Program-made: the position numbers and the translations under genes | Notes under the pieces: model-generated | The model's input: the letters and a program-made list of their open reading frames with translations, nothing else | What the model was told of the DNA's origin: nothing | The model's database searches: none | Shown here: one piece after another, positions 1 through 9,812 of the stretch | Numbering within the stretch: the first letter of the stretch is position 1 | How the letters are laid out: every line of letters begins with the position of its first letter | NCBI RefSeq assembly: GCF_035628975.1 | Contig: NZ_DASPIS010000032.1 | Coordinates: 12,987 to 76,986, forward strand | Direction of reading: 5' to 3' | DNA length: 64,000 nt | Source of the DNA: Azospirillum sp. | Lineage (GTDB): Bacteria > Pseudomonadota > Alphaproteobacteria > Azospirillales > Azospirillaceae

Positions 1-2
1 CG

Positions 3-503
3 AAGCCCGACGTGCTGGTCCTGCACCTGCATTCCGGCCCGACCGCGCTGCTGTTGCGGCAGGCGGCGTCCAGCGGGGTGGCCGTGCCCATCGTCGCCGG
101 CTCCGCCATGCATCAGCCGAGCACGGCGGCCCTGCTGGAACCGGCGGAGTTGAAGGGCGTTTGTGCCGAGACCGCGGCCTCGCCCATCTCCGGCGACACG
201 CCGGAGGTCAAGGCCTTCACCGAGGCCTATCGCGCCGCCTTCGGCAAGGAGCCGGACGCCTTCGCGCTCGGCCAGTATGACGGCATGACCATGGTGCTGG
301 AGGCGGTGAAGGCCGGCGCCCGCAGCCCCGACGCCATCCGCAAGGCTCTGTCGTCGGAGAGCTTCAAGGGTCTCGCCATGACCTACAAGTCCGACGGCAA
401 GGGCAACATGGCCCATTCCGCCGTCATCGTCTGCTATGACGGGGCCAACCGCGTGCCGGTGCTGGTGAAGCGGTACGACAACCCCGCGCTTGCGGCGAAG
501 TGA
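3..503 (+). CDS. ABC transporter substrate-binding protein, branched-chain amino acid (LivJ/K) family; 5' partial, begins before the window
   Basis: C-terminal periplasmic-binding-protein sequence (FTEAYRAAFGKEPDAFALGQYDG...FKGLAMTYKSDGKGN); directly upstream of a LivH-type permease. Confidence 0.85.
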   Translation, partial: KPDVLVLHLHSGPTALLLRQAASSGVAVPIVAGSAMHQPSTAALLEPAELKGVCAETAASPISGDTPEVKAFTEAYRAAFGKEPDAFALGQYDGMTMVLEAVKAGARSPDAIRKALSSESFKGLAMTYKSDGKGNMAHSAVIVCYDGANRVPVLVKRYDNPALAAK

Positions 504-507
504 GCGG

Positions 508-1380
508 ATGGCGGCGCTTCAACTGCTGGTCAACGGCGTGGCGCTGGGGGCGGCTTATGCGCTGGTGGCGCTGGGATTCGTGCTGGTGCTGAACGCCACC
601 TCGGCGGTGAATTTCGCCCAGGGCGATCTTGTCATGGCCGGCGGGCTGCTGGCGGTGGCGCTGGCGCCGCTGATCCCGCTGCCGGGCATCGCCCTGCTGC
701 CGGTGGTGTTGGCGCTGATGGCGGGGCTGGGGCTGCTGCTGGCGCTGGCGGCCTATCTGCCGCTGCGCCGCCGGCCGCCGGTATCTGTCTTCATCAGCAC
801 CATCGCCATCGGCATCATCCTGCAGAACGGCGCCGCCATCCTGTTCGGGCCGGAGCCGCGCGCCGCGCCGCCGCTGTTCGGCGATGACACGCTCTACATC
901 GGCGGGCTGGCGGTTCCCGAGCAGTCGCTCGCCATCGTCGCGGTGGCGGCGCTGCTGATCGGCGCGCAGCAATGGGTGTTCGCCCGCACCCAGCTGGGCC
1001 GCCGTCTGCGCGCCACGGCGCAGGACCCGAAGATGGCGCGGGCCTGCGGCGTGCCGGTCACCGCGATGATCCTGGTGACCTTCGCCATCGGGGCCGCCTG
1101 CGCCGGGGCGGCGGGGCTGCTGCTCGCCAACCGCTATTTCGTCGCACCGACCACGGGCGGGGACCTGATTTTGAAGGCCTACATCGCCGTGACCATCGGC
1201 GGCTGGGGCTCCGTGCCGGGCGCCGTGGTGGGGGCGCTGCTGATCGCGCTGTTCGAGGTGGGGGTGTCGTCGGTGCTGTCGTACCCGGTGGCATTGGGAG
1301 CGCTGTATCTGACGCTGCTGGCGATCCTGGTGCTGCGGCCGCAAGGCCTGTTCGGCGAAGCGGTGCGGCGCCGTGGCTGA
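508..1380 (+). CDS. livH: Branched-chain amino acid ABC transporter permease (LivH type)
   Basis: LQLLVNGVALGAAYALVALGFVLV...VNFAQGD; TQLGRRLRATAQDPKMARACGV; GGWGSVPGAVVGALL; ATG at 508. Confidence 0.9.
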   Translation: MAALQLLVNGVALGAAYALVALGFVLVLNATSAVNFAQGDLVMAGGLLAVALAPLIPLPGIALLPVVLALMAGLGLLLALAAYLPLRRRPPVSVFISTIAIGIILQNGAAILFGPEPRAAPPLFGDDTLYIGGLAVPEQSLAIVAVAALLIGAQQWVFARTQLGRRLRATAQDPKMARACGVPVTAMILVTFAIGAACAGAAGLLLANRYFVAPTTGGDLILKAYIAVTIGGWGSVPGAVVGALLIALFEVGVSSVLSYPVALGALYLTLLAILVLRPQGLFGEAVRRRG

Positions 1381-3283
1381 TCCGCTCTCCCCGGTAAATA
1401 TCCCCTCTCCCCCCCGGGGAGAGGGTCAGGGTGAGGGGGTTCCGCTTGCCGGACGATCCTCGCCGTGCGTCCCCCTCACCCCAACCCTCTCCCCGCTTTC
1501 GGCGGACCTATGGTTCGCCTGTCGCGTCAGCGCAAACTTCGTTTGCGCGAGAGCGGGGGGGAGAAGGGGCTATGTCGGGGTGGAGAATGTCGCGCTGTTT
1601 GCCGGCGCCCTCGCCCTCCTCGTCTACGCGCTCGCCTTCGCCTCTCCCTACGGCCTGCGCGTCCTGACCGTTGCCGGCGTCTATGCGCTGGCGACTTTCG
1701 GCTTCCAGATCGTTTTCGGCCTCGGCGGTGCGCTGTCGCTGGCGCAGGGCGCCTTCTTCGGTGTCGGCGCCTATGTGACGGGCATCCTCGGCAGCCGCTA
1801 CGGCCTTGGCTTCGAGGCGACCTTCCCGCTGTCGATGCTGGTGCCGCTTCTGCTGGCCCTGCCAGTCGGGCTGGCGGTGCTGCGGCTGGAGTCGCACTAT
1901 TTCGCTTTGGCGACGCTGGGCATCGCGCAGGTGCTGCATCTGCTGGCGGTCAACCTGCCCGAACTGACCGGCGGCTCCAACGGGCTGGCCGGGGTGCCGG
2001 CTGTGGTGCTGTTCGGCTGGGCGGTGCCGCGCGGCCTGCCGATGGCGGGGCTGGTCTGGGGGCTGGTGGCGCTGGGCGGGCTGGTGGGGTGGTGGCTGGC
2101 GCGCGGGCGGCTCGGGCGGTCGTTGACGATGCTGCGCGACGATCCGCTGGCGGCGGGAACGGTGGGGCTCGACGTCGGGCGGCTGCGGCTGACCGCCTTC
2201 GGCATCAGCGCCCTGTTCGCCGGAGCGGCCGGAGCGCTGGCGGTCCACACCCAGCGCGTCGTCTCGCCGGAGGTGCTGGAGTTCCCGGTCATGGTCTCCA
2301 TCCTCACCATCGCCATCGTCGGTGGGCGGGGGCGGATGGCCGGTGCGGTGCTGGGCGCGGTGCTGCTGCTGCATCTGCCGGAATGGTTCCGCTTCCTGGA
2401 GCGCGGCTATCTGGTCGTCTACGGAATGGCCCTGCTGCTGACCGTTCTGCTGGCGCCCGACGGTCTGACCGGGCTGCTCGACCGCGCGGCCGGGCGTCTG
2501 TTCGGCCGCCCCGCCCGTGCCCTGCCGGAGGCGCGCGAACCACCGCCGCCGGTTTCCGTGGACGGGCTGACGGTGGAGGGGCTGGCCAAGTCCTTCGGCG
2601 GCGTGCGGGCGGTGGACGGCGTATCGCTGGACCTGCGGCCCGGCGGCATCACCGGGCTGATCGGCCCCAATGGGTCGGGCAAGACCACGGTCATCAACCT
2701 GCTGTCGGGGCTGGAGCGCCCGGATGCTGGGCGGGTGCGGCTCGGCGGCCGGGACGTGACCGGCGCCCGCGCCGACCGTCTGGCCCGTGCCGGGCTGGCC
2801 CGCAGCTTCCAGGCGGCGATCCTGCCGGAAGGGGCCGGCGTGCTGGAGGCGGTGGCTGCCGCCCGCCTGGCTTTCGATCCCGACGCGGAAAAGGCGGAGG
2901 CGCATGCCCGCTGGGCGCTCGACCGGCTGGGCGTCGGCGGGCTTGCCGGGCAGGGCTGCGACGGGTTGCCGGCGGCTTTGCGGCGGCGGGTGGAACTGGC
3001 GCGCGCCCTAGTCCGCCGTCCGGCCGTCCTGTTGCTGGACGAGCCCGCCGCCGGGCTGACCGACGGCGAGAAGGCGGAACTGGCCGCGCTGCTGCGCGAC
3101 CTGGCGGGGGAGGGGATGGCGATCCTGCTGGTGGAGCATGACATGGGTTTCCTGCTGCCGCTGGCCGGGCGGGTGTTGTGCCTCGACCGCGGGCGGGTGA
3201 TCTATGACGGCCCGGCCGATGGGGTGCGCCGGGATGCGACGGTGGCGGCGGCCTATCTCGGCCGGGCGGGGGAGGCCCGATGA
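1373..3283 (+). CDS. Fused LivM-type permease / LivG-type ABC ATPase; start is 1373 (with the repeat read in frame) or GTG 1580
   Basis: Permease motifs (LSLAQGAFFGVGAY, GGSNGL, IVGGRG) followed by Walker A GPNGSGKT and Walker B/H-loop LLLDEPAAGL...LVEHDM. Confidence 0.85.
   Translation: MADPLSPVNIPSPPRGEGQGEGVPLAGRSSPCVPLTPTLSPLSADLWFACRVSANFVCARAGGRRGYVGVENVALFAGALALLVYALAFASPYGLRVLTVAGVYALATFGFQIVFGLGGALSLAQGAFFGVGAYVTGILGSRYGLGFEATFPLSMLVPLLLALPVGLAVLRLESHYFALATLGIAQVLHLLAVNLPELTGGSNGLAGVPAVVLFGWAVPRGLPMAGLVWGLVALGGLVGWWLARGRLGRSLTMLRDDPLAAGTVGLDVGRLRLTAFGISALFAGAAGALAVHTQRVVSPEVLEFPVMVSILTIAIVGGRGRMAGAVLGAVLLLHLPEWFRFLERGYLVVYGMALLLTVLLAPDGLTGLLDRAAGRLFGRPARALPEAREPPPPVSVDGLTVEGLAKSFGGVRAVDGVSLDLRPGGITGLIGPNGSGKTTVINLLSGLERPDAGRVRLGGRDVTGARADRLARAGLARSFQAAILPEGAGVLEAVAAARLAFDPDAEKAEAHARWALDRLGVGGLAGQGCDGLPAALRRRVELARALVRRPAVLLLDEPAAGLTDGEKAELAALLRDLAGEGMAILLVEHDMGFLLPLAGRVLCLDRGRVIYDGPADGVRRDATVAAAYLGRAGEAR
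1402..1569 (+). repeat. Alphaproteobacterial palindromic repeat (CCCCTCACCCCAACCCTCTCCC...GGGAGAGGG family), copy 1
   Basis: Nested inverted repeats including gcgcaaac-ttc-gtttgcgc (1530-1548); a similar reverse-oriented copy lies at ~24886-25081. Confidence 0.85.
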
Positions 3284-3996
3284 GTGGATGTCATAATGGG
3301 GCGCTGCTGTCCGTCCGCGGCCTGACCGCCGGCTATGGTGGGGCGACGGCGCTTGACGGCGTATCGCTTAGCGTCGGGGCGGGCGAGACGGTGGCGCTGC
3401 TCGGAGCCAACGGGGCAGGGAAATCGACGCTGCTGAAGGCGCTGCTCGGCCTCGTGCCGGCGCGGGGCGAGTTGAGCTTCGACGGTGCCGATCTCGCGCC
3501 GCTGGCGACGGAGGCGCGGGTCCGGCGCGGCATTGGCTATGTTCCGGAGGGGCGGCGGGTCTTCCCCGGCATGAGCGTGCGCGACAATCTGGAGGTCGCC
3601 GGCCTGCCCGCCGCCCGCGACCGCGCCCAGGACGTCGAGCGTGTCTTCGCCCTGTTTCCCGATCTCGCGACCAAGAGCCGGGAAAGCGCCTGGCGCCTGT
3701 CCGGCGGCCAGCAGCAGATGCTGAGCCTCGGCCGCGCGCTGATGGGCCGGCCGCGCCTGCTGCTGCTGGACGAACCCTCGCTCGGCCTGTCGCCCAAGCT
3801 GGCCGACGAGGTCTTCGCCGCGGTGGGCCGCATATCCTCCGCCGGCACCGCCGTGTTGCTGGCGGAGCAGAGTGCGGCGCGCGCCCTGACGGTCGCCCCG
3901 CGCGCCATCCTGCTGCGTTTGGGCCGCGTGGTGGGCGACGGGCCGGTGGCGTCTCTGTCGGAAGAAGTGCTGCGCGAGGCCTTCTTCGGCGTTTAG
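3280..3996 (+). CDS. livF: Branched-chain amino acid ABC ATP-binding protein (LivF type)
   Basis: GANGAGKS, VPEGRRVFPGMSVRDNL, LSGGQQQML, LLLDEPSLGLSP. Confidence 0.9.
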   Translation: MSGCHNGALLSVRGLTAGYGGATALDGVSLSVGAGETVALLGANGAGKSTLLKALLGLVPARGELSFDGADLAPLATEARVRRGIGYVPEGRRVFPGMSVRDNLEVAGLPAARDRAQDVERVFALFPDLATKSRESAWRLSGGQQQMLSLGRALMGRPRLLLLDEPSLGLSPKLADEVFAAVGRISSAGTAVLLAEQSAARALTVAPRAILLRLGRVVGDGPVASLSEEVLREAFFGV

Positions 3997-4122
3997 CACA
4001 AATCCGCTGCGTGTCCTGTGCAACAGGTGTCGGCCTCCTGCAACAGGATGGGCGGTTGGGCTTGCGGATGGGGGCGGGCGCGGATAGCTTCGCCGCCACA
4101 ACCATCTATGGATTACCTCGTC

Positions 4123-5478
4123 ATGACCGCCCGTTCCGCCGCTTCGCTGTCCGCGCTTCTCCTGCTGGGTGTGGCGTCGGCGCCGGCGATGGCCGAACTG
4201 GTGCCGGTCGAGCCGAGCATTCCTCCCGCGGTTTATTACGGGCTGCCGGTGCCGGAGGCCGAAGTCGTGGTACCGGGTGCGCCGGCGCAGGATGCCAAGC
4301 CGGCCCAGGGGCCGAACCAGGGGCCGGGCGATAAGCCGGCCGAGAAGCAGGGTGCCGCGGCGCCGGCCAAGCCCGATGGGCCGGGCGAACTGATCGAGAG
4401 CTGGGACGGCGGCGCCGCCAAGAAGAAGGACGGCAGCTTCGCCTATTGCGTGGCGGAGGGGGAATTCACCTCCGGCCATGTGCTGATGTTCGCCCGCAGC
4501 CCCAAGGGGGAGACCAACATCGGCATCGGCATCCCCGGCGCCGACCTGCCCAAGGGCGGCGAATGGCCGGTCACCATCGAGGTGGACAAGAAGCTGAAGC
4601 GCGAACGGGTGGCCATCGCTTCGCAGCCGGACATGCTGGTGGTCTCCAACGGCAAGGACGAGGAACTGGTCAACGCCCTGATGGGCGGCAGCGAACTGGT
4701 GGTATCGTCGGCCACGGACCGCATCGCCTTCAAGCTGTCCGGCACCAAGAAGGTGCTGGGCGACCTGAAGACCTGCGTCGACAAGGGAGGCAACGTTCCG
4801 CCGATCAAGGTCGCCGCCGGCCGCCCGGCTGAGAAGAAGAACCGCCTGCCGGAAGGGCTGGACAGCCTGCTGAGCGCGGCAGGCGTGCATGACGCCGAAC
4901 TGGTCCCGATGGACAAGATCCCGCAGGAGCGCCGCCCGGCCGACGTCGCCTGGCGCTTCGGCCCCATCGTCGGCGGCATTCGCGAGCGTGCGGTGGGTGA
5001 GGACGCCAGGATCGACGAGCTGTCGGACGGTTTCGCCGACGCCATGAAGCAGCGGTGCGAAGGCACCCCGACCGTCAGCCTGAGCCCGTCCGAACAGGCC
5101 GGTTCGGTCTGGCTGCGCACCGGTTCGGTCGATTGCGCCATGCCCCAGGGCAAGCTGCACGTCACGCTGAACTTCCTGCTGTCGCAACGCCGCCTGTTCA
5201 CCGTGATCTTCCACGAGGCGGCCGAACCGGACGTGGCGTTGGCCGACAAGGTGCGCGACAACCTCACCCATGTTCTGCGCCGTGCCGGCACAACTCCGTC
5301 CGCAGCGCCGGCTACAGCGCCGACTGATGCCGCTCCCGCCGCTCCGCCGGCAGCCTCCCCGGTAGCACCTCCTGCAACCGAGCCTGCTCCCTCCGCTGCT
5401 GCACCCACCGCACCGCAGGCGGGGGCCGTTCCGCCGACGGTGAAACCGCAGGCGAAACCGCAGCCGGGCAAGTCCTGA
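4123..5478 (+). CDS. Secreted hypothetical protein with two globular regions and Pro/Ala-rich linkers; alternative start 4108
   Basis: Signal-peptide-like N-terminus (LSALLLLGVASAPAMA); natural composition; no recognised catalytic motif. Confidence 0.75.
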   Translation: MTARSAASLSALLLLGVASAPAMAELVPVEPSIPPAVYYGLPVPEAEVVVPGAPAQDAKPAQGPNQGPGDKPAEKQGAAAPAKPDGPGELIESWDGGAAKKKDGSFAYCVAEGEFTSGHVLMFARSPKGETNIGIGIPGADLPKGGEWPVTIEVDKKLKRERVAIASQPDMLVVSNGKDEELVNALMGGSELVVSSATDRIAFKLSGTKKVLGDLKTCVDKGGNVPPIKVAAGRPAEKKNRLPEGLDSLLSAAGVHDAELVPMDKIPQERRPADVAWRFGPIVGGIRERAVGEDARIDELSDGFADAMKQRCEGTPTVSLSPSEQAGSVWLRTGSVDCAMPQGKLHVTLNFLLSQRRLFTVIFHEAAEPDVALADKVRDNLTHVLRRAGTTPSAAPATAPTDAAPAAPPAASPVAPPATEPAPSAAAPTAPQAGAVPPTVKPQAKPQPGKS

Positions 5479-5533
5479 CGGAACACACGCCTGTCCGGCC
5501 CATTGTCCAAGGACGGATGGGCCATCAGTCAGC

Positions 5534-7381
5534 GTGATCATGCCGGACAATTCCGCTTCCATCGACGGCGTGGGCGAAAACGCCCGCGCCGGCAGCGACC
5601 CTTACGCGGCGCTCGACGCGTCGGCCGCGACCACGGTGTCCGACCGTTGGAGCGTGCGCAACAGTGCGCTGGCCGTGGTGGTGCTGGCCGGTCTGGTCGG
5701 CGGGGCGGTCGGGCTGGCGGTCGGGGCGCTGCACGAGGCGGTGCTGCTTCTGCAGGCGCTGGCCTTCGACCTGCCGGAGGGGGAGAAGCTGGGGCAGGGC
5801 GTGCCCGACCTGCTGCGGACGCTGGGCGTGCCGGTGGCGGGCGGGCTGCTGCTGGGGATCCTGTCCACGCTGGTGCGGCGCTGGCGGCCCAACGACATCG
5901 TCGACGCGGTTGAGGCGAACGCCCTCTACGGCGGCAAGATGTCGTTGATCGACAGCCTGCGCCTGACGGTGACGACCGCGCTGTCCAATGCCTCGGGCGC
6001 GTCGGTGGGCATGGAGGCGGCCTATACCCAGGCGGGCGCCGGTCTCGCCTCCTCCCTCGGGCAGCGGCTGCGGCTGCGCCGCGCCGATCTGCGCACGATG
6101 GTCGGCTGCGGGGCGGCGGCGGCCATCGCCGCCGCCTACCACGCGCCGCTGGCCGGCGCCTTCTATGCCTTCGAACTGGTGCTGGGGGGTTATACGTTGG
6201 CGGTGCTGGCCCCGGTCGGCGCAGCGGCGGCGCTGGGGGTGGCGGCATCGGCCCTGCTGACCGGCGGTGAGGCGCCGCTGGCGCTCGGCCGGCCGGTGGA
6301 GATCGCCGGCTGGGATTACGCCGCCTGCGGCGTGGTCGGCTTCCTGGCCGGCTGGCTCAGCATCCTCGCCATGCAGGCGGTGACGGTGGCGGAGCGCGGG
6401 TTCAAGCGCCTGCCGGTCCCGCGCTGGATGCGCCCGGCGGTGGGCGGGCTGATGGTCGGCGGGCTGGCGCTGGCGGTGCCGGCGGTGATGGGCAGCGGTC
6501 CGGGCGCCGTGCCGCCGGAACTGGCGGGCGGTGCGCTGGCGCTGGCCCTGACGCTGGTGGCGAAGATCCTGGCGTCGGCCGTGTCGCTGGGCTCGGGGTT
6601 CCGCGGCGGCCTGTTCAGCGCCTCCCTGTTCATCGGCGGGCTGTTCGGCGGCCTGTTGAGCATCGCCACGGCAAGTTTCCTGCCGGGGCTGGGCATCGAC
6701 GGCGGGCTTCTGCTGCTGGTCGGGATGGGGTCGGTCGCCGCCGGCGTCGTCGGCGCGCCGGTCACCATGGTGCTGCTGGTGCTGGAGACGACGCAGGATT
6801 TATGGGCAGCCTCGGGCGTGCTGATCGGGGTGGTGCTGTCCACCACCGTGGTGCGGCAGGCTTTCGGCTACTCCTTTGCAACATGGCGCTTCCACCTGCG
6901 CGGTGTGCCGATCCGCGGCGCCTACGACATCGGCTGGCTGTCGGAACTCACGGCCTTCCGGCTGATGCGGCGCGACGCCAAGACGGTGCCCGCCACCCTG
7001 TCGGTGGAGGCGCTGCGCCGCCTTTACCCGCTGGGTTCCACCAAGACGGTGTTCGCGGTCGACGAATCCGGCAGATATGCCGGACTGATCGACATGTCGC
7101 AGATCCATGACCCCGACCAGGATGCGGAGGCCACCGAAACCCGCGTCGGCACGCTCGCCAGCAAGGCGGACGCCGTTCTGATGCCCGGCGACGACGCCCG
7201 CACCGTGCTGAACCGCTTCGGCAGCGCGGAGGTGGAGGCGCTGCCGGTGCTGTCGTCTCCCACCGACCGGCGCATCATCGGCTATGTGACGGAGTCCTTC
7301 GCATTGCGCCGGTATTCCCAGGCGTTGGAGCGCCAGCGCGGCGAGGATCTGGGCGAACGCGGGCTGTGGGGGCGCGATTAG
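5534..7381 (+). CDS. ClC-family chloride channel/antiporter with C-terminal CBS domains
   Basis: GASVGMEA, GFRGGLFSASLFIG, YHAPLAGAFYAFE, GAPVTMVLLVLETT; CBS-like C-terminus. Confidence 0.88.
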   Translation: MIMPDNSASIDGVGENARAGSDPYAALDASAATTVSDRWSVRNSALAVVVLAGLVGGAVGLAVGALHEAVLLLQALAFDLPEGEKLGQGVPDLLRTLGVPVAGGLLLGILSTLVRRWRPNDIVDAVEANALYGGKMSLIDSLRLTVTTALSNASGASVGMEAAYTQAGAGLASSLGQRLRLRRADLRTMVGCGAAAAIAAAYHAPLAGAFYAFELVLGGYTLAVLAPVGAAAALGVAASALLTGGEAPLALGRPVEIAGWDYAACGVVGFLAGWLSILAMQAVTVAERGFKRLPVPRWMRPAVGGLMVGGLALAVPAVMGSGPGAVPPELAGGALALALTLVAKILASAVSLGSGFRGGLFSASLFIGGLFGGLLSIATASFLPGLGIDGGLLLLVGMGSVAAGVVGAPVTMVLLVLETTQDLWAASGVLIGVVLSTTVVRQAFGYSFATWRFHLRGVPIRGAYDIGWLSELTAFRLMRRDAKTVPATLSVEALRRLYPLGSTKTVFAVDESGRYAGLIDMSQIHDPDQDAEATETRVGTLASKADAVLMPGDDARTVLNRFGSAEVEALPVLSSPTDRRIIGYVTESFALRRYSQALERQRGEDLGERGLWGRD

Positions 7382-7554
7382 GGGCGGCGGGAGAATGATT
7401 GCCTGTTGCCATTGGTGGTGTGTCGATCATCCGGCATACGTCGCTTGGTTTCTCGCGCGTGCCATGTCACCTGCTATCGTGCTCGCCGATGGTTGGATGA
7501 TCGTCAGGGAGCGTGGTGTGACGAATTGGTTGCCTTCTTCGGTTGCAGCTGTCC

Positions 7555-8307
7555 ATGACGCCTGAGGAACAGCTCAGGGCCCGCGTCGAGGAATTGGAGG
7601 AGGCCGTGCGTGCACGCGACGCCTTCCTGGCCATTGCCGCTCACGAACTTCGCAACCCGATGTATGCGCTGAGCCTGCTGTTGGATTCGGCGCACCGGAT
7701 GGCGAAGCCCACCGGCAACGAAGAACTGGTGCGGGCGCTGAAGCGCGCCACGCTTGCACTGCAGCGCTATGTCGAGCGTGCGACGACGCTGCTCGACGTG
7801 TCGCGCCTCAATGCCGGCCAGATCGACCTCCACATCGAGCCGGTCGATCTGAGCGCGCTGGTCCGGCAGGCCGCCGACGGCTACGCCGCGGAAGCCGCCC
7901 ATACCAAGGCGATGCTCCGCCTTGCCCTGCCGGACCGCCTGCAGGGATGGTGGGACCGGCTGGCGATGGAGCAGATTGTCGGCAACCTGCTGTCCAACGG
8001 GATCAAGTACGGGGCGGGCGGCCCGGTCGACGTCACCCTTGCGCAGGACAACGGCGAGGTGCGCCTGAGCGTGCGTGACCGTGGGCCCGGCATCCCGATC
8101 GAGGCGCAGGAGCGCATCTTCGGGCAGTTCGAACAGGTCGTCTCCGGACAGAAGCGGGCCGGCTTCGGCGTCGGGCTGTGGCTGGTTCGGTCGTTGCTCC
8201 AGGCCCATGGTGGTAGTATCGACGTCGACAGCACACCGGGCGAGGGCTCCACCTTCACGGTCCGGCTGCCACTGGACGCAACACCGAAAGAACCGCGGAC
8301 CTCATGA
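7555..8307 (+). CDS. Minimal cytoplasmic histidine kinase (HisKA + HATPase, no sensor domain)
   Basis: H-box AAHELRNP, N-box NLLSNGIKY, G1 DRGPGI, G2 GFGVGLW. Confidence 0.9.
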   Translation: MTPEEQLRARVEELEEAVRARDAFLAIAAHELRNPMYALSLLLDSAHRMAKPTGNEELVRALKRATLALQRYVERATTLLDVSRLNAGQIDLHIEPVDLSALVRQAADGYAAEAAHTKAMLRLALPDRLQGWWDRLAMEQIVGNLLSNGIKYGAGGPVDVTLAQDNGEVRLSVRDRGPGIPIEAQERIFGQFEQVVSGQKRAGFGVGLWLVRSLLQAHGGSIDVDSTPGEGSTFTVRLPLDATPKEPRTS

Positions 8308-9803
8308 TGGACGATCGGCAGGGCTTGGAACTCGAACGGGTGCCGAGCGGAATCGCAGGGCTGGACACCGTGCTGAAGGGCGGCTTTCTCAAAGGCGGCG
8401 TCTACATCATCCAGGGTGTGCCCGGCGCCGGGAAAACCATCCTGGCCAACCAGATGTGCTTCAACCATGTCGCCGACGGCGGCCGTGCAGCCTATGTCAC
8501 GCTTCTGGCGGAATCGCACAGCCGGATGCTGCAGCACCTGCGCCCGATGCGCTTCTTCGACGAGACGGTCATCCCCGACCGTCTCTACTACATCAGCGCC
8601 TTCAACACGCTGGAGGATGACGGGCTGAAGGGGCTGCGCGATCTGCTGCAACGGGAGATCCGCAAGCACCGCGCGAGCCTGCTGATCCTCGACGGTCTCG
8701 TCGCGGCGGAGGAGACGGCCACGTCCGACCGCGAGTTCAAGAAGTTCGTTCACGAAGTGCAGATGTACGCGGCGATGAACGAGTGCACGGTGCTGCTGCT
8801 GACGAGCGGAAGCCCCGGACCCGTTCGCGCCGAGCACACCATGGTCGACGGACTGATCGATCTGGACGACCGGGTGTACGAGGTGCGGACCGAACGCAGC
8901 CTTCAGGTCCGCAAATTCCGCGGCAGCGGTTCCCTTCGCGGCCGCCACCCCTTCCGCATCACCGGTGACGGGCTGGTGGTCTACCCGCGCATCGAGGCAC
9001 AATTCGCGGTGCCGTCCCGGCCCGAGCAACCGGTGGGCGCACGGATCACCACCGGCGTGGAGGCGTTGGACCGGATCATCGGCGGCGGCACCTTCGCGGG
9101 CACGACCACCGTCCTGATGGGGCCGACGGGGATCGGCAAGACGACGATCGGCCTTCATTTCCTGTCCCAGTCCAGCGCGGCGGAACCCGGCCTGCATTTC
9201 GGCTTCTACGAAACGCCGGCACGCCTCCGGTTCAAGGCGGCGACGCTCGGCATGGATCTGGAAGGGCTGGAGGCGCAGGGCGCCCTGGAAATGATCTGGC
9301 AGGCGCAGGGCGAGAATGTCCTGGACGAGCTTGCGCACACCATGCTGGACGCCATCCGGCGGCGGGGCGTCCGGCGCCTGTTCGTGGACGGGCTGGACGG
9401 CTTCATGGAATCCTCCGTCCATCCGGAGCGGATGAGCCGCTTCTTCTCGACCCTGTCGAACGAGTTGCGGGGGCTGGGGGTTACCGCCGTCTTCACCTGG
9501 GAGACGCGCGACTTGATCGGATCGCCGATCGAGGCGCCGGTCTATGGCGTCTCCTCGCTGGTCGAGAACATGATCGTTCTGCGCTATGTCGAGGTGGAGG
9601 CCCGCACCCGGCGTCTGCTGACCATCGCCAAGCTGCGCGACAGCGGGTTCGATCCTGCATTGCAGGAATTTCGCATCACTGACAAGGGTATTGAAATCAT
9701 TGGCCCCTTCAACGGTTATGAAGGGATGCTCAAGGGGTATGCGCACTCTCCCGACAATCCCGGATCGCCAGGGACATTGTCGCCGAAACGTCCGTCGCGG
9801 TAG
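8304..9803 (+). CDS. KaiC-like (RecA/RAD55 family) double-domain ATPase
   Basis: Two tandem domains: SGIAGLDTVLKGG...GVPGAGKT and TGVEALDRIIGGG...GPTGIGKT; RKFRGS and KLRDS motifs. Confidence 0.88.
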   Translation: MMDDRQGLELERVPSGIAGLDTVLKGGFLKGGVYIIQGVPGAGKTILANQMCFNHVADGGRAAYVTLLAESHSRMLQHLRPMRFFDETVIPDRLYYISAFNTLEDDGLKGLRDLLQREIRKHRASLLILDGLVAAEETATSDREFKKFVHEVQMYAAMNECTVLLLTSGSPGPVRAEHTMVDGLIDLDDRVYEVRTERSLQVRKFRGSGSLRGRHPFRITGDGLVVYPRIEAQFAVPSRPEQPVGARITTGVEALDRIIGGGTFAGTTTVLMGPTGIGKTTIGLHFLSQSSAAEPGLHFGFYETPARLRFKAATLGMDLEGLEAQGALEMIWQAQGENVLDELAHTMLDAIRRRGVRRLFVDGLDGFMESSVHPERMSRFFSTLSNELRGLGVTAVFTWETRDLIGSPIEAPVYGVSSLVENMIVLRYVEVEARTRRLLTIAKLRDSGFDPALQEFRITDKGIEIIGPFNGYEGMLKGYAHSPDNPGSPGTLSPKRPSR

Positions 9804-9812
9804 GGGGGATGC

